The notes below the pieces were generated by a model, which was not told the origin of the DNA, searched no databases, and worked only from the letters and a program-made list of their open reading frames with translations. A program made the position numbers and the translations under genes. Shown here piece after piece: positions 1 to 6,916 of a DNA stretch of 64,000 bases (positions within the stretch are counted from its first letter, which is position 1; every line of letters begins with the position of its first letter). Location of the stretch: the IMG/VR virus record IMGVR_UViG_3300047548_001236, positions 62,001 through 126,000 of that record; one strand, written 5' to 3'.

Positions 1-482
1 AATTGCTCTTGGCTGTCAACAGGTACATCCCACACAGGCCAAGGAGATTGGCGAATGAAATTGGTGATTGCATCTCCAGCTTCTTGTGCATACTGTTGAT
101 CCGGTGTTCTGCCTCGAGGGTCATAGTTGTCACGACCTGGTAGAACGAAAAAGATGGATTCGAACTTAGTGTCTGCAATGTGCTTGAATAGATCGACGCC
201 GTGATTGTCAAACTGGTTTTGTCCATAAAACAGAGAGCAGTATAGAGGACTATCAGTTACAACAACATCGACATTCTCAAATTGCTTGATCCGCCGATAT
301 TTCTCTGAGAATACAAGAAGCTCATCAGACAGTGTCCAGTAATCCTGGCGACGATGGAGCTCTTTTGTATACTCGATAACCAATTCAACATCCATCGACA
401 GCGCTTTGAGCTCTCTGAACACTCCTGCTGCGAGTGTTGATTTACCTGCACTAGGCGGTCCTGTAAAGTTAACGAGAAGCAT
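1..482 (-). CDS. P-loop kinase/ATPase, NadR/AAA_28-like (3' end runs off window)
   Basis: Manually translated, absent from ORF track: MLLVNFTGPPSAGKSTLAAGVF... Walker A GPPSAGKS, later VVVTDSPL; open to position 1. Confidence 0.7.
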   Translation of the reverse strand, partial: MLLVNFTGPPSAGKSTLAAGVFRELKALSMDVELVIEYTKELHRRQDYWTLSDELLVFSEKYRRIKQFENVDVVVTDSPLYCSLFYGQNQFDNHGVDLFKHIADTKFESIFFVLPGRDNYDPRGRTPDQQYAQEAGDAITNFIRQSPWPVWDVPVDSQEQ

Positions 483-494
483 GATATATACTCT

Positions 495-1004
495 TTATGG
501 AGTTGTCTTGTTGGAAAATTGCTCAACGATAGTGTAATCGTTGCGTGTGATCGTTATTTGATTGGAAATGAGCACGCTTTTGTGTTCGATGATCTTCTTG
601 AGTCCGTTACTATCAAACCCAAGCATTGCAAGCTGTGGCAGCCCCATAAACCGTACAAACTCGTCGATGTCGATGATCTGGTCGCGGATTGGAACGGTCT
701 TAGTTATGAGTATTTTGTATTGCCCTTCTTGTAACTTCTGACCTCGTGAAGTCATACGAGCGATGTTCAGATCTTTTGTCCACGTTGTATAGTCACTGAG
801 TTGTGCACGGGAACGGTAAGCATTATCAATGAATGTATCATCTACGACGATAGCAAGGTGCAACAGCTTTGTATAATTGCGCAATTGGTTTGGAATTTGC
901 GTTTTGTTTGACTCGAGCTGTCCTGCAGCTCGAGAGGTTTGACTGCTGAGCCAAGTGTTCAGCGATTGTTTGAAGTTTTCAGAGCCGACGTAGCTTATTG
1001 GCAC
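495..1004 (-). CDS. hypothetical protein
   Basis: 169-aa ORF in a run of co-oriented minus-strand genes. Confidence 0.55.
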   Translation of the reverse strand: MPISYVGSENFKQSLNTWLSSQTSRAAGQLESNKTQIPNQLRNYTKLLHLAIVVDDTFIDNAYRSRAQLSDYTTWTKDLNIARMTSRGQKLQEGQYKILITKTVPIRDQIIDIDEFVRFMGLPQLAMLGFDSNGLKKIIEHKSVLISNQITITRNDYTIVEQFSNKTTP

Positions 1005-1155
1005 CTAATGCGTTCCTCTCTAGTAAGTGAATTCAAGGTCCGTGTTGCCCAGCCTTTGGTTTTAAACCTTTGTGGATAGGCTACAGTGCAGTCAGGCCAA
1101 CGGATACTCCACGATCCATCGACACATTCGATATGACACTGATACCACATATTTA

Positions 1156-1629
1156 TCACTCCAAGATGTATACATACGGTTTGACGTTCTTCAACTCTGA
1201 TTCGATGATAGCAGCAATCACGTTCCAATCACCGCCTCCAAGACCTGCGCCAATTTGGGGCATTGCAACTGCTGAAATACCGTAGATTTCAAAGAAGCTG
1301 TTGATTTTACTCATCGACTCAGCAACTGCATCATAGCTAACATAGCGCTGTCCATCACGACCATAAAGGTTTTGCGTGATTGCGTTAACAATAACTTTGT
1401 AGTTGTCGGGGTCGTTCACACGATCGCCACAAGGAACCGTAATGACGTCTCCCAGCTTTAAGTGATGGTGCTGTTCGTAAGCAGAACGATAGCGGTCATA
1501 CGCCTTCGGATACTTCTCGCGAATAATCTTCGCAACGCCAGATCCCATAACACCTTGAGCATTGCACCCATGTACAATCACTTTGATTGGGGTCTGGAAC
1601 AGATCGCCTTTGACATATTCAATTTGCAT
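1156..1629 (-). CDS. macrodomain protein (ADP-ribose binding/hydrolase, T4 Tk.4/DarG-like)
   Basis: GDLF..VIVHGCNAQGVMGSGVAK and AMPQIGAGLGGGDW motifs; start set at MQIEY. Confidence 0.88.
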   Translation of the reverse strand: MQIEYVKGDLFQTPIKVIVHGCNAQGVMGSGVAKIIREKYPKAYDRYRSAYEQHHHLKLGDVITVPCGDRVNDPDNYKVIVNAITQNLYGRDGQRYVSYDAVAESMSKINSFFEIYGISAVAMPQIGAGLGGGDWNVIAAIIESELKNVKPYVYILE

Positions 1630-1852
1630 TTTCGAGGTCCTCCGGCATATCAATTTGGATTACTGTGTTGGCGTCCACGCAGAGGCGGTATCTTCCATCA
1701 TCTGTAACAGCTATCCCTCCAGCTTGTTCGCACAATGCTACTTTTCGATTGTGTTCGGGCACAGCAACAAAAAAAGCATAACTCACCATTGTACCAATGA
1801 TGCTGACCATAACTCCTGCAAAGATCGCCCATAGAGTTGTTTCTGTATCCAT
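1619..1852 (-). CDS. small membrane protein
   Basis: N-terminal hydrophobic helix TLWAIFAGVMVSIIGTMVSYAFFVAV. Confidence 0.55.
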   Translation of the reverse strand: MDTETTLWAIFAGVMVSIIGTMVSYAFFVAVPEHNRKVALCEQAGGIAVTDDGRYRLCVDANTVIQIDMPEDLENAN

Positions 1853-2074
1853 TTACTTCGCTCCTTCTAACATCTCCAAATGCTTGCGAACGTAACGCAT
1901 AAACAGAGGAGCGTAATCTTCGGCCTTGAACGTAGCGTTCCCAATATCAGAGATCGGAACAGGAAATGCAAAGTGATCTTGCGTTTCATACCAGAGGTTG
2001 CCGTCGAAGTAGTGAGAGAATCTCACAGTCTTCTTGCTTCCATCGTCGTTATACAGCATTTCCTTGAGTGTCAT
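1853..2074 (-). CDS. hypothetical phage protein
   Basis: GNLWYETQDHFAFPVPISDIGNATFKAED segment; RBS before MTLKEM. Confidence 0.6.
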   Translation of the reverse strand: MTLKEMLYNDDGSKKTVRFSHYFDGNLWYETQDHFAFPVPISDIGNATFKAEDYAPLFMRYVRKHLEMLEGAK

Positions 2075-2864
2075 ATTTCTTCTCCACATAATGATTAATG
2101 GCATCTACAGTCTCATACACGTTGCACGCATAGAGACCTGAGCAGTTGAACGTATTGTACTCGATTACTTTGTATTCTCTACCAATTTTACAGACATCCA
2201 TCACAAAAACATCAGAGGGACTTGCGAAGCTAGCAATATATTCAGCAAAATCGACAGCAAATTTTTCTGTCTGGTTTCTGATATCGAGTCTACGATTCAC
2301 TCGATACTGTGAGAATGCTACCACCTTACCTTCGACAATCACAAACCGCCACTCAACTTCTGGATGCTTGATTGAGCTGACACAAACTTTAGTATCTGGG
2401 TGGTAGTTGGCATATTGTTTTACCCTTTCCATAAAAAATGGAAACTTCTCTGCATCAAAGACGGTTCCGTCGAAGCTCTTGAGGTCGCGGTCAGGTTTGG
2501 CAAAGAAGAACTCCATCCCTTGTGATTGAACGTAAGAGACTACTTCTTCTACATCAAGAACCTTCATATCGTGGTTGAGATAATGGTCGCCGATTGCAGC
2601 GAGCGTATCCGACTCTTTGTAGATGCGAAACACGCCAGGGTTCCAGTTGTTCCGTTCAACCACGTCAAAAATTGCAGTCGATCCGTGAACAACGATAGGT
2701 CCGTCAATGATGGGATCTCCACCAACGACGGACCTCTCAAACGGGACGATATCGATTTCAATATAGTTATGATGTTTGGAGAGGCATGCCGTGCGAATCT
2801 TTTGATTCCACTGCTCGCGGCGATCTTCCGTTTGTCTTTGCACTACCCACGTTACCATAATCAA
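2049..2864 (-). CDS. ATP-grasp domain protein (DUF4343/R2K-like)
   Basis: FFAKPDRDLKSFDG, EWRFVIVEGKVV, FVMDVC...KVIEYNTFNCSGLY motifs. Confidence 0.75.
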   Translation of the reverse strand: MIMVTWVVQRQTEDRREQWNQKIRTACLSKHHNYIEIDIVPFERSVVGGDPIIDGPIVVHGSTAIFDVVERNNWNPGVFRIYKESDTLAAIGDHYLNHDMKVLDVEEVVSYVQSQGMEFFFAKPDRDLKSFDGTVFDAEKFPFFMERVKQYANYHPDTKVCVSSIKHPEVEWRFVIVEGKVVAFSQYRVNRRLDIRNQTEKFAVDFAEYIASFASPSDVFVMDVCKIGREYKVIEYNTFNCSGLYACNVYETVDAINHYVEKKYDTQGNAV

Positions 2865-2875
2865 GATCCATGTTA

Positions 2876-3844
2876 TTAGATTTCGTATATAATGATGACT
2901 ACGCCATCACCACCATCTCTCGACCCATTTGCGCTTTCATGGCCTGAACCGCCCGAGCCTGCACCATATTTGGGTTTAGGTGGGACGTCTCCCCCTCTTG
3001 AACCGTTTGAGGCATCAAAATCTTCATTCGATCCACTGAGAACAGCGGTTTGCCCTCTACTTCTTATATACGATGAAAGAATGATTGGCCACGATTGGTA
3101 GTTGGATACTTTCATACCTGCTGTCGTTTGATTGGTAGACGCGTTATCTGAACTTGTGGGGTCGTTACCACTGAATCTCGGAGCACCGCCACCTGTAGCT
3201 GCAGAAGCAGAACCTCTTGCACTCACGTAGAACGAGCCGCTATCTCCACCTCTATAGTTCCCCATATTACCGCCACTTGCTGTCCCTCCAGAAGCTCCTG
3301 GACCGCTAGTTGTTGTAGTCTGTCCATCTGATCTGGCGCTTGCAGGACCTCCTTCGCCGCCTCTGCCAATCATATCGAGTCCACTACCCTCAAATCTGGT
3401 ATTTCCACCAGGATTTCCGCTAGTGGCCCCGTCGCCACCTCTGACAACACCAGCGCCGCCACTTCCTATAATGATATCAGACGATCGTGCACTTGAAGCA
3501 GCAATTCGACTGTAAGCCACTCCGCCACCGCCACCACCGGCAGCGCCTGCTACACCTTCTGTCCAACCACTTCCGTCAGGAAATCCGTGTCCGCCAGACC
3601 CACCCGCTCCTACGACGAAGATATGGATGAAACTAGCGTTGTTCTTTCTTGGTGTCCAAGTCCTCGTAGACGTGATAATATCAACAACATCAAATTGCTT
3701 ACCTGCAAAATCACCAAATGATATTGGTTGTCCTTTTGCGGGAGCCCCAGCTATTGAATGATACTCGCTTAAAGAAATCGGTCTCGATCCACCCATTTCC
3801 TTTTGAATATCAGACATTGATATTCCTGTTGTAGGTATTGCCAT
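2876..3844 (-). CDS. glycine-rich tail-fibre adhesin-like protein
   Basis: N-term ISMSDIQKEMGGSRPISLSEY, multiple poly-Gly motifs, C-term GGDGVVIIIYEI; late-type CATAAATA upstream. Confidence 0.6.
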   Translation of the reverse strand: MAIPTTGISMSDIQKEMGGSRPISLSEYHSIAGAPAKGQPISFGDFAGKQFDVVDIITSTRTWTPRKNNASFIHIFVVGAGGSGGHGFPDGSGWTEGVAGAAGGGGGGVAYSRIAASSARSSDIIIGSGGAGVVRGGDGATSGNPGGNTRFEGSGLDMIGRGGEGGPASARSDGQTTTTSGPGASGGTASGGNMGNYRGGDSGSFYVSARGSASAATGGGAPRFSGNDPTSSDNASTNQTTAGMKVSNYQSWPIILSSYIRSRGQTAVLSGSNEDFDASNGSRGGDVPPKPKYGAGSGGSGHESANGSRDGGDGVVIIIYEI

Positions 3845-3900
3845 TGTTAGAGCCTCGTGTTGATTAGCTTGCTGCTCTATTTATGACACGATGGATCTTT

Positions 3901-4092
3901 TCACTGCACTATGAAGTTACAGTCTTCAAGATCTTCTCGAAGAACAAAATCGTTTGGTAATTTGCGTGAATTACCAGCAAGCACATCTTCGATCAACCGC
4001 TTACTTTCAACTAACGACAAGCCTGTGTGTTTTTGTACAGCCGTTATTGCTTGGATTGTTTTTGCACCAGCGCGCCACCCAATGACATACAT
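3901..4092 (-). CDS. ribosomal protein bL12 C-terminal-domain-like protein
   Basis: KTIQAITAVQKHTGLSLVESKRLIE resembles bL12 CTD K..vIK.vR..tgLgLkEaK.lve. Confidence 0.55.
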   Translation of the reverse strand: MYVIGWRAGAKTIQAITAVQKHTGLSLVESKRLIEDVLAGNSRKLPNDFVLREDLEDCNFIVQ

Positions 4093-4391
4093 TAGTCGAT
4101 CTCCGCTGATTTCCCTGCAACAGGAGGGTTACCAAAACGACTGGAATCATCGAAAACAGTCGGCTCTACACCAACCTTCATTGTCATTGCTTCCCAAATT
4201 AGATCGTCACTGACTTCTGTGCCTTTATCGACAGTGACAGCAAACTGCGTCATTTGCATTCCAGACTCCTTGCCGATTGTGTCATTGTATTTCTCGATTA
4301 GGTGAGATGGAGCAACTACTCTTTTGTACGGCCAGATTTGATCCAACTGTTCGGAGATATGCTTCCATGCATCGACTGTTTTTTGATCCAT
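4092..4391 (-). CDS. hypothetical protein
   Basis: 99-aa ORF abutting neighbours. Confidence 0.55.
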   Translation of the reverse strand: MDQKTVDAWKHISEQLDQIWPYKRVVAPSHLIEKYNDTIGKESGMQMTQFAVTVDKGTEVSDDLIWEAMTMKVGVEPTVFDDSSRFGNPPVAGKSAEID

Positions 4392-4406
4392 AATAAAATC
4401 GCTCCA

Positions 4407-4784
4407 TTATACTTCGAAAATGTGTACGAGCGTCCTATCATGTTTATGTTCAAAAGCTCGTGATATACGGTGGTGGCCGTCAATGATGTGATGAATACCT
4501 TTTTCATCCTTGAATAAAACAGGGTGTTTTAAGTCTTCAAATACAGGATCACCTCCACCAAATTTGTGTAGGTAGTATTGAGTTGCTTTTAACGTCCCCT
4601 TCTTAACCATTTCAGGGACGTTGATTCCCACAGCTCTTGATTTTTTACCAGCTTCGAGCTGTTTCTCTATTTTATAGACAGGCCCGCTAATACGGTCTTG
4701 GTCGTAATCGCCTACAGGAATAGGGTTGTCACGATATCCTTTTGAATCCCACGCTTCGAATATAAACTCACGAAACCTCAGCAT
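4407..4784 (-). CDS. ParB/Srx-fold protein with T4-type capsid-targeting N-terminus
   Basis: HIIDGHHRISRA motif; N-term MLRFREFIFEA. Confidence 0.65.
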   Translation of the reverse strand: MLRFREFIFEAWDSKGYRDNPIPVGDYDQDRISGPVYKIEKQLEAGKKSRAVGINVPEMVKKGTLKATQYYLHKFGGGDPVFEDLKHPVLFKDEKGIHHIIDGHHRISRAFEHKHDRTLVHIFEV

Positions 4785-4787
4785 GGT

Positions 4788-4958
4788 TTAACCCATTTGA
4801 TACCAATAACCCATCATATTCCATGTCTGAGCGGTATTGGCAGACATGTCTACATGAACGATGTCATTCTTCCACTCGAGAATTGCTGGTTCGTATCCCT
4901 CTTTAGTGCAAAGATATGTGTACGTATGAAGATCAGATTTACGTATCCATGCTCTCAT
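4788..4958 (-). CDS. small hypothetical protein (56 aa)
   Basis: Manually found MRAWIRKSDL...YWYQMG*; GAGG RBS; CATAAATA just upstream. Confidence 0.45.
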   Translation of the reverse strand: MRAWIRKSDLHTYTYLCTKEGYEPAILEWKNDIVHVDMSANTAQTWNMMGYWYQMG

Positions 4959-5020
4959 TTGGAAACCCTCTTTAAATGAGAGTATTTATGATCCACGATA
5001 TGTTGACAGGATGATGTGTC

Positions 5021-5074
5021 ACAAGAGGCGGGAGTCGAACCCATCAACACTGCTCCCTACTGAGCTGCCTCGCA
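5021..5074 (-). ncRNA. anticodon-less tRNA-like element
   Basis: D arm GCTC-AGTAGG-GAGC and T arm TGGG-TTCGACT-CCCG joined by about 8 nt; imperfect acceptor TGCGAGG/CCTCTTG; no CCA. Confidence 0.5.
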
Positions 5075-5258
5075 AAATGCTGCGATTGTCGTTTTGCAGA
5101 ACTGATCCTTTTATCAAACTACTCGATGTCCATTCTGGCAAAGGGCCGGCCCCGTCCTTTTAGAGGCGATGTCTTATCCTTCCTCCGTAGCCGTTTGATA
5201 CCCACTCCTTAGATGATGCGTAGTCCCATGACGGCAGGTTTAGCAACATTTCGAGTTG
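5075..5258 (-). ncRNA. putative structured ncRNA of unknown class
   Basis: Non-coding; closing stem CTCGA-ATGT/ACAT-CGAG, internal stems GCCGT/ACGGC and GAGG/CCTC, palindrome GGGCCGGCCC. Confidence 0.35.
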
Positions 5259-5261
5259 TAT

Positions 5262-5337
5262 TGGTGCTTCTGTGAGGAATCGAACCTCATTGTAGACGGT
5301 TATCGGCCGCCGGCCTTTCCATTAGACAGTCAGAAGC
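5262..5337 (-). tRNA. tRNA-Ile(GAT), atypical (C33, extra nt before D arm)
   Basis: Acceptor GCTTCTG/CAGAAGC+ACCA, loop CCGATAA, T loop TTCGATT. Confidence 0.8.
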
Positions 5338-5344
5338 GTGACTT

Positions 5345-5423
5345 TGGCAGCCCCAGTGGGAATTGAACCCACTTCTCCAGCTTGAGAGGCCGGGATCCTA
5401 ATACCAGTGTAGACGATGGGGCC
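5345..5423 (-). tRNA. tRNA-Glu(CTC)
   Basis: GGCCCCA/TGGGGCT+GCCA, loop CTCTCAA. Confidence 0.93.
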
Positions 5424-5429
5424 GTAATT

Positions 5430-5606
5430 TTATGCAAACCTAAACGATGTATATTGTTCTTTGTTTTCTGTTGACAACCACCAGTAGTCACATGAGCACA
5501 GCTCTCTGGTGCTACCTTGGTCATCTCTTACAACCACTTCGTTACAACCGTCAGGCATGAAAGCAATAGGTTGCCATTCCCAAGGTGCGTAGTAGTCTTT
5601 TTCCAA
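5430..5606 (-). CDS. small hypothetical protein inside tRNA array (58 aa, TTG start)
   Basis: GAGG RBS, then (M)EKDYYAPWEWQPIAFMPDGCNEVVVRDDQG...SFRFA*; fills the spacer between tRNA-Tyr and tRNA-Glu. Confidence 0.5.
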   Translation of the reverse strand: MEKDYYAPWEWQPIAFMPDGCNEVVVRDDQGSTRELCSCDYWWLSTENKEQYTSFRFA

Positions 5607-5623
5607 ATAAAAATTCCTCGTTT

Positions 5624-5710
5624 TGGTGGGAGTGGATGGATTTGAACCAACTCACCTTTGCAGGAACAGGGTTACAACCTGCCGCGACTCTCCTACTTCG
5701 CCGCACTCCC
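5624..5710 (-). tRNA. tRNA-Tyr(GTA)
   Basis: GGGAGTG/CACTCCC+ACCA, loop TTGTAAC, long variable arm. Confidence 0.93.
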
Positions 5711-5718
5711 GTATTGTT

Positions 5719-5794
5719 TGGTGGTGCTGGGTGGAATCGAACCACCGACAACCTAGTTATGAGCCAGGCACTCTACCGACTGAGTTACAGCACC
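5719..5794 (-). tRNA. tRNA-Met(CAT) (elongator Met or Ile2)
   Basis: GGTGCTG/CAGCACC+ACCA, loop CTCATAA. Confidence 0.92.
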
Positions 5795-5895
5795 ATTGTT
5801 TAGATGATACGCTGGGTTGCAACTACTTGCGTCAGCTTTGTATCCTTTCGAACGTGCTTCCATCTGACAGAAGCCAGCGTATCATCTAAACAATG
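5794..5895. repeat. 22-bp perfect inverted repeat enclosing a 58-nt structured loop
   Basis: CATTGTTTAGATGATACGCTGG ... CCAGCGTATCATCTAAACAATG. Confidence 0.85.
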
Positions 5896-5898
5896 TTT

Positions 5899-5974
5899 TG
5901 GTGCAGCCCCGCGGGATCGAACCGCGTCCTCTAGCTTTTCAGACTAGCGTACACACCAGTTATACCAGAGCTGC
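5899..5974 (-). tRNA. tRNA-Phe(GAA)
   Basis: GCAGCTC/GGGCTGC+ACCA, loop CTGAAAA. Confidence 0.93.
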
Positions 5975-5979
5975 ATTTT

Positions 5980-6055
5980 TGGTAGATCCGGTGGGACTCG
6001 AACCCACGTACTCCGATTAAAAGTCGGGTGCTAAAACCACCTCAGCTACGGATCT
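5980..6055 (-). tRNA. tRNA-Lys(TTT)
   Basis: AGATCCG/CGGATCT+ACCA, loop CTTTTAA. Confidence 0.92.
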
Positions 6056-6064
6056 ATGTTATTT

Positions 6065-6142
6065 TGGCAGCCCCAACGGGAATCGAACCCGTTTCTCCAG
6101 ATTGAAAGTCTAGTATCCTAACCTACCGTAGACGATGGGGCC
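6065..6142 (-). tRNA. tRNA-Glu(TTC)
   Basis: GGCCCCA/TGGGGCT+GCCA, loop CTTTCAA. Confidence 0.93.
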
Positions 6143-6151
6143 ATTGTGTTT

Positions 6152-6226
6152 TGGTGTGCCGGGAGAATTTCGAAATCTCGACCTTGGGATTAAGAGTCCC
6201 CTACTCTGCCTCTGAGCTACCGGCGC
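6152..6226 (-). tRNA. tRNA-Lys(CTT)
   Basis: GCGCCGG/CCGGCAC+ACCA, loop CTCTTAA. Confidence 0.9.
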
Positions 6227-6241
6227 ATTCTGTTCCTTGGG

Positions 6242-6313
6242 AGACCTATACGGGAGTCAAACCCGTCTAACTAGTTTTGCAGACTAGCACCTAAATCGCT
6301 CGGTCAATAGGTC
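6242..6313 (-). tRNA. tRNA-Cys(GCA), no in-register CCA, extended acceptor stem
   Basis: GACCTAT/ATAGGTC+U73, loop CTGCAAA, T loop TTTGACT. Confidence 0.8.
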
Positions 6314-6334
6314 TCCGAAAGAACAGATATTTTA

Positions 6335-6410
6335 TGGCCCCCAGGGACGGGATCGAACCGCCGACACCATGCTCTTCAGGCACGTGCTCTACCAACTGAG
6401 CTACCTGGGG
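6335..6410 (-). tRNA. tRNA-Phe(GAA)
   Basis: CCCCAGG/CCTGGGG+GCCA, loop CTGAAGA. Confidence 0.92.
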
Positions 6411-6418
6411 ATGTTATA

Positions 6419-6503
6419 TGGTGGGAGGTGCAGGGTTCGAACCTGCCGTAGTTTTCACTGCCGGTTTTACAGACCGGTGCTCGTCCACTCGAGCACACCT
6501 CCC
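6419..6503 (-). tRNA. tRNA-Tyr(GTA)
   Basis: GGGAGGT/ACCTCCC+ACCA, loop CTGTAAA, long variable arm. Confidence 0.92.
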
Positions 6504-6509
6504 AATTTT

Positions 6510-6587
6510 TGGTTGTCCCTCCCAGGATCGAACTGGGGACCTTAGTCTTATCAGGACTACGCTCTAAACCAACTGAGCTAAGGGACA
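6510..6587 (-). tRNA. tRNA-Ile(GAT)
   Basis: TGTCCCT/AGGGACA+ACCA, loop CTGATAA. Confidence 0.93.
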
Positions 6588-6594
6588 GAAATTT

Positions 6595-6676
6595 TGGAGG
6601 CGTCTGTGAGATTCGAACTCACGCCTTTTGGACCTCGGATTTGCAATCCGGTGCGTTACCACTCCGCCTAGACGCC
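6595..6676 (-). tRNA. tRNA-Cys(GCA) with enlarged variable region
   Basis: GGCGTCT/AGACGCC+TCCA, loop TTGCAAA, 12-nt variable region. Confidence 0.88.
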
Positions 6677-6695
6677 ATTTAGATTATCAAAGAGC

Positions 6696-6731
6696 AAAAG
6701 AAAAACCCTCTAAGATTTCTCCTAGAGGGTT
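6696..6731 (-). terminator. Rho-independent terminator (attenuator) immediately upstream of tRNA array
   Basis: 12-bp stem AACCCTCTAGGA-GAAA-TCTTAGAGGGTT followed by TTTCTTTT. Confidence 0.9.
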
Positions 6732-6780
6732 CTGAGATGAACTGCTATATTTGCATATAGAGTCAGCCTCGGGAACCCTC
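6725..6780 (-). promoter_or_regulatory. antiterminator hairpin mutually exclusive with the terminator
   Basis: GAGGGTTC (6780-6773) pairs with GAACCCTC (6732-6725, terminator 5' arm); inner hairpin CTATAT-GCAA-ATATAG. Confidence 0.8.
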
Positions 6781-6822
6781 CCAAGTCATATATTCCTTAA
6801 ATTTGCAAATAAAGTAGGTCAT
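6763..6822 (-). CDS. attenuator leader peptide MTYFICKFKEYMTWEGSRG
   Basis: AGAGGA SD 5 nt before ATG; codons match array anticodons; 3' end overlaps antiterminator strand. Confidence 0.8.
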   Translation of the reverse strand: MTYFICKFKEYMTWEGSRG

Positions 6823-6846
6823 CTCGTTCCTCTGTTTGTTTTAGTC

Positions 6847-6910
6847 TGGATGGGCTTTTTGCGGTTTTGATTTACAAGTCAAATGCATAAAGGTTTGCTG
6901 GAACCATCCA
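6847..6910 (-). promoter_or_regulatory. structured RNA module in tRNA-operon leader
   Basis: TGGATGG/CCATCCA stem enclosing TCCAGCAA opposite GCAAAAAG. Confidence 0.6.
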
Positions 6911-6916
6911 TGTATT

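Noticed and set aside
5021-5258. tmRNA (GCAAAACGACAAT resembles an ANDN tag; GGGTTCGACTCCCGCC resembles a tmRNA 3' end)
   Set aside because: No GGGG..G3-U70 acceptor or CCA, and the tag frame is off by one and does not end in a short Ala-rich tag
5816-5873. Hammerhead ribozyme (GAAA and CTGAC present)
   Set aside because: Core is CTGACGC rather than CTGANGA, and there is too little room for stems I and III
5330-5889. Track ORFs overlapping tRNA genes
   Set aside because: They overlap clear tRNAs and lack RBS; spurious
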